Assembly (NCBI GenBank): GCA_963778665.1 | Contig: CAVZVG010000003.1 | Coordinates: 128,813-192,812 of the forward strand | From: an uncultured Gammaproteobacteria bacterium | GTDB lineage: Bacteria; Pseudomonadota; Gammaproteobacteria; JBBQDK01 | Direction: 5' to 3' | DNA: 64,000 nt | In this document: positions 47,687-57,395 of the stretch, one piece after another | Layout: every line of letters starts with the position of its first letter | Numbering within the stretch: position 1 is the first letter of the stretch | Position numbers and translations under genes: made by a program | Notes under the pieces: generated by a model | Told to the model about the DNA's origin: nothing | What the model saw: the letters and a program-made list of their open reading frames with translations, nothing else | The model's database searches: none

Positions 47687-49411
47687 TCAGTTCACATTTT
47701 GCAAAATCTGAGCCAATTTCACATCGCGCCCATAGATGTCATCGCGGAACTGCACGACGCCCTCGGTATCGACCCAGGCCGTGAAATACACCAGATAAAT
47801 GGGTATCGGGTGCGGCAGCGTCACGGTGCGGGTCTCTTGCTTGGCGATGGCGGCGGCAATCGTTGCCGGATTCCATTTCGCGCTGTCGTGCAGCAGGTAT
47901 TCGGCCAGGGCGTCGGGTTTCTGCACACGGATGCAGCCGTGACTGAGTGCCCGCACGCTCTTGTTGAACAGACGCCGGCTCGGCGTGTCGTGCAGGTAGA
48001 TGTCGTAGGAATTGGGCAGCAGGAATTTCACCTGTCCGAGTGAGTTGTGCGGTCCGGGCAGTTGCCGCAGTCGAAACGGAAAGTGCTTCTGTGTGTATTG
48101 CGACCAGTCGATGCCGCCGGGATCGATGGGTTGGGCATCCGCGGCCCAGCTGTCGAAGACCTGAAGGTTCTCTTTGGCCAGATATTCGGGGTCCTTCTGC
48201 AATATGGGCAGGATCTCCTTGCCGGCGATGCTCTGCGGGACGGTCCAGTAGGGATTGAAGACAATGTGCGTCAGTCGGCTGCTGAAGGCCGGTGTGCTGA
48301 GCAGTTGCTTGCCGACGATGACATGCATGCTCAGCATCGGGTTGTCGTGTTCCTCGACCTGCAGCTCGAAGCCGGCCATGTTGACGAGGATGTAACGCGT
48401 CGGGAATTGCCGCGGCAGCCAGCGCCAACGTTCCATGTTCACCTGCAGCTGGTCGATGCGTTGCGGTATGGAGACATCGAGCGCGGCGCGCGTCGATTTG
48501 CCGACGATGCCGTCCGGCTCCAGTCCGTGTGCGGCCTGGAACCGGCGCACGGCTTCTGCCAGCGTGTCATCGTACAGCGTGGCGGCAGCGGCGCTGACAT
48601 GAGCGGGTTCGCCGCTGCCCGCCAGGCGTTGTCGCAAGGCCGGGACGCGGGCATCGTCATCGCCCGGTTCGAGATTGGGGCCTGCCTCGATCATCGGTCG
48701 CGGGCCTTGTGCGGCGAGTTCGCGATAATGAGCCAGGGTCGCGCGCAGTCGTGCGTAAGCGGGATGCGGCGGCGGCAATGAACTCAACCACTGCGCCAGC
48801 TGATGATTGTCCAGCGCCGCTTCCAGTGCCTCGGCGATGTCCGGCGCGGCCGGCGCTGCGATGAACCACTCCGGATCCATCTGCCGAGGCACGAAACGGC
48901 CGGTCAGTTGATCATGGGCATAGCGCAATGCGGCATCGGTAAGCAGCAGTTCCAGTTCATTCGCAGCGAGCCGTCGCTCCGTCATGACGGGGATATGATA
49001 ATCGCGGGGATCGAGACCTTCCTTGTCGGCGGTGCGCAACACATCGAGTAACAACGTGGCATCCCGTGTCGGCCTGTTCCCCGCCAGCCATGCAGGACGA
49101 TTCTGCCGCCGGCTGTAGAAGGATTGCAGGGTCGTCCACGACGAGAGCGGTTCGCCGGCGATGATCGGCGCCTGGACACTGTTCAACCACGGCAGTTCCA
49201 CGGCAGCGGGTGTTGCAAAGGCGGTTGTCGACGGTGGCGGTTCCGCGTAGACATCGGGGCACGCGGACAGGCAGCCGCACAACAGAACGGCTGACAGTTT
49301 TGCGGGTTGGGAGCGTGTGCGGTGTGCTTTAAATCGGCGCGGTGCTACGCAGCGTAGCAGTTGGAATGGGGTGCGAGACTGCTGGCCCGTTGGTTTCGCT
49401 GAATCGATCAT
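47687..49411 (-). CDS. ldtD: L,D-transpeptidase (YcbB/LdtD family)
   Basis: 574 aa. PG-binding N-terminal region and YkuD catalytic motif SHGCIRV. Start uncertain: the lipobox-like LLCGCLSAC suggests a later start. Confidence 0.7.
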   Translation of the reverse strand: MIDSAKPTGQQSRTPFQLLRCVAPRRFKAHRTRSQPAKLSAVLLCGCLSACPDVYAEPPPSTTAFATPAAVELPWLNSVQAPIIAGEPLSSWTTLQSFYSRRQNRPAWLAGNRPTRDATLLLDVLRTADKEGLDPRDYHIPVMTERRLAANELELLLTDAALRYAHDQLTGRFVPRQMDPEWFIAAPAAPDIAEALEAALDNHQLAQWLSSLPPPHPAYARLRATLAHYRELAAQGPRPMIEAGPNLEPGDDDARVPALRQRLAGSGEPAHVSAAAATLYDDTLAEAVRRFQAAHGLEPDGIVGKSTRAALDVSIPQRIDQLQVNMERWRWLPRQFPTRYILVNMAGFELQVEEHDNPMLSMHVIVGKQLLSTPAFSSRLTHIVFNPYWTVPQSIAGKEILPILQKDPEYLAKENLQVFDSWAADAQPIDPGGIDWSQYTQKHFPFRLRQLPGPHNSLGQVKFLLPNSYDIYLHDTPSRRLFNKSVRALSHGCIRVQKPDALAEYLLHDSAKWNPATIAAAIAKQETRTVTLPHPIPIYLVYFTAWVDTEGVVQFRDDIYGRDVKLAQILQNVN

Positions 49412-49723
49412 CTGCCGCCATTGTAACCGGTTTGTCGCCGGATTATCGAGACAAGCGGCAGGAGACAGGCCTTAGACACAGTATTGTCCGGCAAGGCCTC
49501 CGTGTTACCGGCGCAGCTGACAGGTGCAATCCATTGATGCGTAATGACGTAGGCAGGGTGTGCGCAGGCCTTGTGGTACGCCCGTGCAGCGCCGCTGCGC
49601 AGCCGTATGCACGTGCACAGTCACGATCACTGCCGGTCATTCCAGTCTATCGTCATGCCGGCGGGCGCGTTATAGTCCCGCACATCAATCCTTCAAACTC
49701 GGCGGCGAGCGCTGCACCACACC

Positions 49724-50374
49724 ATGAACCAGACGCGGCAGGGCAATGCGGACACCGTCATCGTGCTCGATTTCGAGACCACGGGCATGTCGCCCGAGCT
49801 CGGCGACCGCGCCATCGAGATCGGCGCGGTGCGCATCGAGGGCGGGCGGATTACCGAGACCTTTCAGGGCCTGATGAACCCGGGCCGACGCATCAGCCCG
49901 TTCATCGAGGATTTCACCGGCATCACCAACAGCATGCTGCGCAGTGCGCCGTCCTGTGCGACGGTGATGGCGCAGTTCGCGGAGTTCAGCGCCGGCTACG
50001 ATCTGGTCGCGCACAACGCCGCCTTCGACCGGCGCTTTCTGCTGGCGGAGTTGCAGCACATCCGCCGGCCCTGTAGCGCCGAGTTCGCCTGTTCCATGCT
50101 GCTGGCCCGGCGCCTCTATCCCGAGGCGCCCAATCACAAGCTGGGCACGCTGGTCGCATACAAGCAACTGCCTAACGATGGCACCTTCCATCGCGCACTG
50201 GCGGATGCTGAGATGACGGCACATCTGTGGCTGGCCATGCTCGGGGAAATCACGGCACGGCATCGCATCGCGCAGATACCGTTTGCCTTGACGCAGAATC
50301 TAGGGCGGGTGGCGAAGCGAGCGGTACCGGATTTTCTTGAGCGATGGAAGGCCATGCAAGCACACCCTGAATGA
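49724..50374 (+). CDS. DEDDh 3'-5' exonuclease (DnaQ/epsilon-like domain protein)
   Basis: Exo I VLDFETTG; Exo II HNAAFD; Exo III HRALADAEMTA. Confidence 0.75.
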   Translation: MNQTRQGNADTVIVLDFETTGMSPELGDRAIEIGAVRIEGGRITETFQGLMNPGRRISPFIEDFTGITNSMLRSAPSCATVMAQFAEFSAGYDLVAHNAAFDRRFLLAELQHIRRPCSAEFACSMLLARRLYPEAPNHKLGTLVAYKQLPNDGTFHRALADAEMTAHLWLAMLGEITARHRIAQIPFALTQNLGRVAKRAVPDFLERWKAMQAHPE

Positions 50375-50408
50375 GCCTGGCTTTGTCATGATATTCTGCC
50401 GCAGAGGC

Positions 50409-50491
50409 GCAGAGTACACAGAGATTGGGGAAGTCGTTGCTGGTATCAGCATAAACCTCTGCGTCCTCTGCGCCTCTGCGGCAATAACTCA
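50409..50491. repeat. family B inverted-repeat element
   Basis: CCGCAGAGGCGCAGAGTACACAGAGA / CCTCTGCGTCCTCTGCGCCTCTGCGG; a copy of 17433-17516. Confidence 0.55.
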
Positions 50492-50518
50492 TTTCAGGCA
50501 ACAACCATATCGGCGCCA

Positions 50519-50914
50519 GTGAGAAAAGCCATGCCTACAGCAACGCTGTTTTCGATCATCGAATCGCCGGGCCATCCGAATTTTTCGGAGCTCTACCAGA
50601 CCCTGGGCTTGAACGAACTGAAGTTCAATTCGATGCGTCACGCCTTGCAGGCGCTCAAGACACAACAGCCGGACTTCATCGTCGCGGAATTCTTCTACGG
50701 TTATGGCAACAACTACGCGGGGGTGAATATCAGCAATCTGGATGTGCTGCTATACAGCCTCCAGAAATACGCGCCCGCGGCCCGGGTCGTCGTCATGGTG
50801 GAAAAGGATCAGCGTCAGTACGTGGACAAGCTCAACGAGATCCTGCCGCTGCATGCGGTCGTGCAGCATCCGGTGCGGGTGTCCGAGTTGGAGCAGTGTC
50901 TGTCCGGCAGTTGA
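50519..50914 (+). CDS. hypothetical protein with receiver (REC)-like fold but no conserved phospho-acceptor Asp
   Basis: 131 aa. Pattern ...QQPDFIVAEFFYG...VVVMVEKD resembles a REC domain with the acceptor Asp replaced by Glu. Weak Shine-Dalgarno. Confidence 0.35.
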   Translation: MRKAMPTATLFSIIESPGHPNFSELYQTLGLNELKFNSMRHALQALKTQQPDFIVAEFFYGYGNNYAGVNISNLDVLLYSLQKYAPAARVVVMVEKDQRQYVDKLNEILPLHAVVQHPVRVSELEQCLSGS

Positions 50915-50992
50915 TGAGATGCCTGCTCGGCGGTTGCGGACAGTGAAGGGCCGCCGCAGCGATGACGGCAAGCCGTGTGACAATGCTGACGA

Positions 50993-52123
50993 TCACTGCA
51001 TCGGCAGTTGCATGAGCGACTGGTGGCTGTGCAGGAACCAGCGGTCGAGAACGACGTGGCGCGTGAACCAGGGCTTGCGTAGCAGCCGCGTGCCGAGGTA
51101 GTTGCGCGCGGCTGTCGCGACCGGCTGCGGCTTCGCGGTGCTCGCCGGGCCGAAACGCCTGGTAAGACTGTCCTGATAGGCGGCCAGTCGGGCGGTGCCG
51201 TAATCGCCTTCGGCGGCGAGTATCGTGGCGGCGGCCAGCAGCCCTGACTCGATCGCCGGACGGATGCCCTCACCGCTTTGCGCATAGGCCAGTCCGGCGG
51301 CATCGCCGATCAACAACACCCCATCGTCGATCTGCTTGCGTCTGCTGTGACCGTAGAGCAGATAGGCGTGACCGTGCAGCGTATCGGGACTGTCGGCGGG
51401 AATCCGGTCCGTTGTCTTGAGCCAGTCGAGGAAGGCGGCGCTGTGTTCGGCCAGTCGCTGCGGGTCTTCGCGGCCCAGTCCGATGTTCAGGTAATCGCCT
51501 TTGTGAAACACCCAGCCATAGCCTTTCAGGTCGGCGCAGAAATACAACTCGGGCCGATCCGGCGCCGCATTGCAGCGGCGCTGTTGCGCAGCGCTCATTT
51601 TGAACTCGATTTCCCGGGCCGTGACGGCCAGTTCGCGGCGGCCGACATCGGCGCCGAGATAACGCGCTACCGGGCAGAAGTGTCCGCCGGCACCGATCAG
51701 CAGTGCGGCCTCGATGCGCCGGTTGATCAGCCAGCCGTCGTCCCGGCGTTCTATCGACTGCAGCGTTTCGCCGAGGGCCAGGCGCGCGCCGCTGCGTTGC
51801 AGCAGATAATCGTCGAATTCGCAGCGGCGAATGCCGTAACTGACGATCCGCGCATAGTCGACGTCGTGCGGCACGGCGCCGATCAGACCGAGACGGAAGC
51901 CCGTGATCGGTTGCAGCACGCGATCGCGGGCGTACTCCGCGCGGTCGACCTGCAGTTCGTCCAGCACCGGCGGCGTGATCCAGCCGGCGCACACCTTGTC
52001 ACGCGGGAAGCGGCTCTTGTCGAGCACCAGCACATCCAGTCCCGCCTGACGCAATACCCGCGCGCAACTGGCACCCGCCGGACCGCCGCCGACGATCAGT
52101 ACATCGCAACGTTCCGTGCTCAT
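50993..52123 (-). CDS. geranylgeranyl-reductase-family FAD-dependent oxidoreductase
   Basis: N-terminal dinucleotide fold DVLIVGGGPAGAS. GGR-family motif LLIGDAAGLAYAQSGEGIRPAIESG. ATG overlaps the cfa stop (ATGA). Confidence 0.7.
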   Translation of the reverse strand: MSTERCDVLIVGGGPAGASCARVLRQAGLDVLVLDKSRFPRDKVCAGWITPPVLDELQVDRAEYARDRVLQPITGFRLGLIGAVPHDVDYARIVSYGIRRCEFDDYLLQRSGARLALGETLQSIERRDDGWLINRRIEAALLIGAGGHFCPVARYLGADVGRRELAVTAREIEFKMSAAQQRRCNAAPDRPELYFCADLKGYGWVFHKGDYLNIGLGREDPQRLAEHSAAFLDWLKTTDRIPADSPDTLHGHAYLLYGHSRRKQIDDGVLLIGDAAGLAYAQSGEGIRPAIESGLLAAATILAAEGDYGTARLAAYQDSLTRRFGPASTAKPQPVATAARNYLGTRLLRKPWFTRHVVLDRWFLHSHQSLMQLPMQ

Positions 52124-53374
52124 GGCTGCTCCCGATACAGATCGGCGCGTGTCCACGAAATCCTGTTGTTGCCGTGCCGGTTGAACAACACCTGGAACAA
52201 TTGCATCTGACCGCTGGTGAACGCCGCCTGCGAACCGGCCAGATACAGGCGCCAGACGCGCACGAAGGTGGTCATCGAACATCTCCTCGACACGCGCGGC
52301 GTTGGCGTCGAAGCGCGCCAGCCAATGTTGCAGCGTCTTGGCGTAATGCAGCCGCAGGTTTTCGACGTCGAGAACGGAGAATCCCAGCGGTTCGAACAGT
52401 TCCATCATTTCGCTGAGGCTGGGCGGATAGGCGCCCGGAAAGATGCGCCGCGTGATCCAGGAATTCATGGGACCCGGGCAGTCGCGGCCGATGCTGTGGA
52501 TCAGGCCGCGGCCGTCCTCGGTGAGTGCCGCGTCGATGACCTTGCCGAGCGTCGCATAGTTGTCCACGCCGACATGTTCCAGCATGCCCACCGAGACGAA
52601 GGCATCGAACTTGCCTTTGATGGCGCGGTAGTCGTCTTCGACGAATTCGATGCGCTCGTGCAGACGCTCGCGGCGCGCCCAGGCGCGGGCATAGGCAATC
52701 TGTTCCCGCGAGATGTTGTAGGACGTGACGCTGACGCCGTAATGTTTCGCCATGTGCATGGCCAAGGCGCCCCAGCCCGAGCCCGCCTCGACAACCCGCT
52801 CGCCCGGCCGCAGCCGAAGTTTGCGGCAGACGTGATCGAGCTTGGCGATCTGCGCCTCTTCCAGGCTCGCTTCGGGCGTGGGGAAATACGCGCAGGTATA
52901 GACCATGCGTTCATCGAGCCAGAGACGATAGAATTCATTGCCGAGATCGTAATGATGATGGATGTTGTCGCGCGCGCGGTCCGTGTTGTTGTTCGGGCGT
53001 CGCGACAGGGCATGCAGGACGCGCCGCCGCAGGCCGGCCGCCAGCAGATGACGATAGACGGTGTCGAGAAAGGCGGGCAGTTCGCCCTCGATTTCGATGC
53101 GTCCGGCGCTGTACAGTTCGCCGAACGCATACTCGGGATTGGCAACCAGCTTTTGCAGACTGCGCCGATCGTGTATGACCATGCGGGCGACCGATGCCGC
53201 ACCGGTCGGTGCAAACACCGCGCCGTCCCACAGCGCTATCGAGATGGGCGGCTGACCGACACCGTCCAGCAACCGCTTCACCAGCCATCGGTCGGGCAGG
53301 CGCGCTTTGCCTTGTGCGGCCATCCTGCTTGCCGTGACAGTGTCATTTGCAACGTGTAAGTCCTGTTTTTGCAT
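52120..53374 (-). CDS. cfa: cyclopropane-fatty-acyl-phospholipid synthase family SAM-dependent methyltransferase, with an apparent 1-nt frameshift near 52268
   Basis: SAM motif VVEAGSGWGALAMHMA. The C-terminus in the +1 frame reads FVRVWRLYLAGSQAAFTSGQMQLFQVLFNR, the canonical Cfa end. In the assembled frame it reads through into the downstream gene, giving the 793-aa track ORF. Confidence 0.7.
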
Positions 53375-53846
53375 AGCAACACCTCTTTCTTCGAGTTGTT
53401 GAAGCGCCGTCGACAGTAAAATCTATGGCGCATTGCCTTGTGTCGCACAGGCCCGACTTTACGTGCGGACCGCTGAACTTCCTTAAGCAATTACAGTGAC
53501 AGTTACTTCAGCCGCACGCCGTTCCTTTTGCTGACGTTGGGCTGCGATTCAGTGCTTATATCCTTAAGTCTAGCCGAGCTTGCGGTGGTTTTCCGGCTGA
53601 TCCGGCCGTGTCACCGCACACGGTCCATGCCCCGGACTGTGCTGCAGGCGGCGAGTGCGCCGGTCAGTCTGAGTATTCTCGGCAGTACAAGAGACTTTTG
53701 TGGCATGGGGGCCTCTGTCCTTGGAATGTCGATCGATACAGTGCTTGGATATCGCCAGCCGGGTTGGGTTCCGTGCCTGCGGCAAGATATTGTAGCAAAG
53801 CCGTCGCTGCTCGCGATGCGCGGGCAGCGTGCCGGCAAGTCGCAGC

Positions 53847-55232
53847 CTACGCGGGGACTCCTCGCGGGGACGCGCCGGCGGTCGGCAGGCTGATGATGAC
53901 GCTCAGTCCCCCGGCGGGTTCGTTTTGTGCCGTGATCCCGCCGCCATGCAAACCGATGGCGCGTTCGGCAATCGCCAGACCCAGGCCATAACCGCCGCTG
54001 TGACGATCGCGCGCCTCGCCGACGCGTACGAACGGCTCGAACATCCGCGGCAGCATCTGCTCCGGAACACCGGGACCGTGATCGGTGACGCGGATCAGTA
54101 TGTGCCCATCCGTCCGGGTTGCAGTGATCGCCACGGCGCTGCCCGCGACAGTGTAGTGGATGGCGTTGCGCACCACATTTTCCAGTGCGCTGTGCAGCAG
54201 CTTCGCATTGCCCAGCACGCTCAATGCGGCCGGCTGCCGCAGTTGGACTTCGCAGTGGCGCGCGGCGGCCTCCAGTGTGGCATCTTCCGTCACGGTCGTG
54301 AGCACCTCGGACAGGTTGACGGTCTCCAGCGGCATGTCCTGCGCGCCGGCTTCCAGGCGTGCCAACGACAACAACTGGCCGATCAGTTCGTTCAGGCGTT
54401 CCGCCTCGCCCTCGATGCGATCCAGTTCCGGCTGGTCGGCGGCGCCGGCGCGCTGGCGCGCCAGTCCCAACGCGGCTTGCAGGCGCGCCAGCGGCGAACG
54501 CAGTTCGTGCGAGACATCGCGCAGCAATTGCTTGTGCGACAGCATCAGGTCGTTGAGCCGTTCCGCCATATGATCGAAGGCCAGCGCCAGATCGACGATC
54601 TCGTCGCGACGTCCGCCCAGCGACGCGCCGACGCGCTGGCTGAGGTCACCGGCCGCGTAGGCCTCGGCGGCGCGGCGCAGGCGTTCGATCGGTGCGGTGA
54701 GATAACGCGCCAGCAGAAAGCACACCAGTGCGCTGATCAACGTGCCCAGCAGCAGCGGTACGGCGATGACGCGCGGCCGACCCAGCAGGCGGGCCAGCGT
54801 GACGCCCTGAAAATCCGGCACGATGCGATAACGGCTGCCGTCGTCGAGCGTGATCCATGACTCGGGTCGCATGCGCCGCCGCATTTCGCGGGGTCGTTCG
54901 GCGCGTTCGTCATGGCGGCGCAGACGTTCCAGTGCTTGAGCGGGCACCTCCCTGCCCAGTACATCGTTGCCTTCGGCATCCAGCACCAACAGCGGCACCG
55001 CGTCCTGCTCATCCACTTCATGCGCCCAGGCTTTTAATCCATCCAGGCCCTTCTGTTGAGCGATTGCGCGGGCCTGCGCGATACGATATTCGTAGCGCAC
55101 GCGCGTTGCGCCGGCATCCTGCTGGTCGCGCAGCCGATCCAGATAATGCGAAGTGAACAGCAGGCTGGTGGCCGCGAACAGCACCAGCGCGGTCCAGAAT
55201 GAAACGAATATCTTCCAGTACAGACGTTGCAT
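53847..55232 (-). CDS. sensor histidine kinase (CpxA/EnvZ-like: 2 TM, HAMP, HisKA, HATPase)
   Basis: H-box DVSHELRSPLARL; N, G1 and G2 boxes. ATG giving MQRLYWKIF. Overlaps or abuts the response-regulator gene. Confidence 0.75.
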   Translation of the reverse strand: MQRLYWKIFVSFWTALVLFAATSLLFTSHYLDRLRDQQDAGATRVRYEYRIAQARAIAQQKGLDGLKAWAHEVDEQDAVPLLVLDAEGNDVLGREVPAQALERLRRHDERAERPREMRRRMRPESWITLDDGSRYRIVPDFQGVTLARLLGRPRVIAVPLLLGTLISALVCFLLARYLTAPIERLRRAAEAYAAGDLSQRVGASLGGRRDEIVDLALAFDHMAERLNDLMLSHKQLLRDVSHELRSPLARLQAALGLARQRAGAADQPELDRIEGEAERLNELIGQLLSLARLEAGAQDMPLETVNLSEVLTTVTEDATLEAAARHCEVQLRQPAALSVLGNAKLLHSALENVVRNAIHYTVAGSAVAITATRTDGHILIRVTDHGPGVPEQMLPRMFEPFVRVGEARDRHSGGYGLGLAIAERAIGLHGGGITAQNEPAGGLSVIISLPTAGASPRGVPA

Positions 55233-55243
55233 GCGCTGCCGCC

Positions 55244-55924
55244 TCAGGACGTGACGAACTGGTAACCGACGCCGCGCACGGTCTTGATACGCTCCTCGCC
55301 ATCGGGTCGGGCGCCGAGTTTGCGGCGCAGGCTGCTGACGTGCATGTCCAGGCTGCGGTCGTAACGCGTCAGTTTGCGACCCAGCGCCTGGTCCGACAAT
55401 TCCGTTTTGGCTACCACCTGTCCCGCATTGCGCAGCAGCACTTCCAAAACGCTGTACTCGGTGCTGGTCATGTCGACAGTCCGTTCCCCGCAACGCACGC
55501 TGCGCGAGCCGGTATGCATCTCCAGATCGTCGAAGCGCAGCGTCTCCGTCACCGGCGAAGGCGACTCGGCGCGACGCAGCACGGCGCGGATGCGCGCCAC
55601 CAGCACGCGCGGATTGCAGGGCTTGGCCAGATAATCGTCGGCGCCCAGTTCCAGGCCGATGATGCTGTCGACATCCTCGTCGCGCGCGGTGAGCATCAGC
55701 ACCGGCAGCTGCGTGCGGGCGCGCAATTCGCGCAGCACGTCGAAGCCATTCTTCTTCGGCATCATCACATCGAGCACCAGCAGATCGAAGCGGCCGCTGC
55801 CGGCGCGCGCCAGCGCAGCCTCGCCGTCGTGCACCGCCTCCACCGTGAAGCCCTCGGCGCTGAGGTATTGCGTGAGCATCTCACACAGTTCGACGTCATC
55901 GTCCGCCAGGAGGATGCCGGCCAT
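55244..55924 (-). CDS. OmpR-family response regulator (CpxR-like)
   Basis: REC domain (LLADDD...DLLVLDVMMPKKNG) plus winged-helix (TVRGVGYQF). Start at MAGILLADDD. Confidence 0.8.
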   Translation of the reverse strand: MAGILLADDDVELCEMLTQYLSAEGFTVEAVHDGEAALARAGSGRFDLLVLDVMMPKKNGFDVLRELRARTQLPVLMLTARDEDVDSIIGLELGADDYLAKPCNPRVLVARIRAVLRRAESPSPVTETLRFDDLEMHTGSRSVRCGERTVDMTSTEYSVLEVLLRNAGQVVAKTELSDQALGRKLTRYDRSLDMHVSSLRRKLGARPDGEERIKTVRGVGYQFVTS

Positions 55925-56012
55925 CACGTTGTTCCATACAGATCGGGTGTGCCTTTCATGCCTCACAGTCTGCCACAGCGCGGGCACGGACAGACAGCCA
56001 TGGATCATCGCA

Positions 56013-56027
56013 TTTACATAGATTTAC
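56013..56027. promoter_or_regulatory. candidate CpxR-type box GTAAA-N5-GTAAA in the divergent intergenic region
   Basis: TTTACatagaTTTAC on the plus strand equals GTAAAtctatGTAAA on the minus strand. About 90 bp from the regulator start and ~95 bp from the CpxP-like start. Confidence 0.45.
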
Positions 56028-56120
56028 AGGAACCAGACCCAGGCTTACGCGGTCCACGCCTAGAGTATGGCTACCGGTGCGATAAAGCACCTCGACACAA
56101 ACCGACTGGAGGACATCACC

Positions 56121-56598
56121 ATGAAACACACTACCACTACTGTCATCATCAGCGCCGTACTGGCGGGCAGCCTGGCCGCCGCGGTGCCCGCATTCGCGCG
56201 CGGTATGGGTCCGGGCGACTGTGGCCATGACCGGGGCATGACCGGCATGCGCGGCGACCCCGAGGCGCGCATCGAGCATATGACGCGCAGATTGAATCTG
56301 GATACCCAGCAACGCGACGCGGTGCGTGCCATTGCCGACAAGCATCGCGACCGAAATGCGCACGCTGCACGACCGGATGGCGGATAATCGCCAACAGTTG
56401 CGGGCGCTCACCGCGCAAGGCGGCGATGTCGATCAAGCCAAGCTGCGTACCCTGGCGGATGCACAAGGCAAGGACATGGCGGACATGATCATGCTGCGCA
56501 CGCAAATGCAGTCCGAGATCGCCAAGGTGCTGACGCCGGCGCAACGGGAGCAGATGCAGCAGCAGCGCCGCAGTGGATTCGGTCGGAAGGGCAGCTGA
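56121..56598 (+). CDS. periplasmic CpxP/Spy-family protein, with an apparent 1-nt frameshift near 56355
   Basis: Signal peptide. Two LTxxQ-type motifs (LNLDTQQRDAV and LTPAQREQM). The two track ORFs 56067..56387 and 56326..56598 join if one base is removed in ...KHR(D)TEMRTL. Confidence 0.65.
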
Positions 56599-56732
56599 AA
56601 GCGGATCGGCAATCGGGACCGGGGATCGGTAGAATGTCCTCAGGACAGGTATGACTCCGGTCCCGATGCCACTGCGGGTTCGAATTCCGCAAACTCTCAG
56701 GCAGCGTATAGTAGCCAGAACAGGAAACAATC

Positions 56733-57281
56733 ATGCAACTGCTGGACACCGACAAGCGTTTCGGGTTTGTCTCGATCGCCAATCATTGGCTCGCCGCATT
56801 GTTGATCATCGGCATGCTGAGCCTTGGGCTCTATATGGCGGATCTGCCCAAGGGGCCCTGGAAGGGCGAACTGTTCGACATTCATAAATCCTTCGGCGTC
56901 CTGGTGCTGTTGCTGGGCGCGGCGCGCATCGGTTGGCGTCTCGGCAATACCCGGCCGGGTCCGGTGGACTCGGCGCAGCCCTGGCTGCGCAAGACCGCGC
57001 GTCTGCTGCATGTGCTGCTGTTGGCGGCGATGCTGGCGCTGCCGCTGTCCGGCTGGGCGATGTCGTCCGCCGGCGATCATGCGGTGTCGTTCTTCGGTCT
57101 GTTCACACTGCCGCCGTTGCTGGAGGTGAACAAGGAGCTGGGCAAGACATTGGGCGAGGTGCACGAAACGCTGGCCTGGACACTGATTGCATTGCTGGTG
57201 CTGCATGCCGGCGCGGCACTGCAGCATCACTTCATCGCCCGCGATGCCACGCTGCGCCGCATGCTGGGACGCGCCCCATGA
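56733..57281 (+). CDS. cytochrome b561 family protein
   Basis: 182 aa, 4 TM. Conserved His pairs (HWLAA..., HKSFG, HVLLL, HAGAALQHH). Confidence 0.75.
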   Translation: MQLLDTDKRFGFVSIANHWLAALLIIGMLSLGLYMADLPKGPWKGELFDIHKSFGVLVLLLGAARIGWRLGNTRPGPVDSAQPWLRKTARLLHVLLLAAMLALPLSGWAMSSAGDHAVSFFGLFTLPPLLEVNKELGKTLGEVHETLAWTLIALLVLHAGAALQHHFIARDATLRRMLGRAP

Positions 57282-57395
57282 TCAGCGGAATTACGCATTG
57301 CCCGACATCCCGCGCAGTTCTCTACGCCGCGTGTGCAAGTGCATCCTGCATCACGATGACCAGGTCGCGGAGCCGGCTCGAGTAGAGGCCCTCTG

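Noticed and set aside
50993-53374. 793-aa ORF suggesting a natural Cfa-reductase fusion protein
   Set aside because: A +1 shift near 52268 restores the canonical Cfa C-terminus and a TGA overlapping the next ATG, so two coupled genes is the parsimonious reading.
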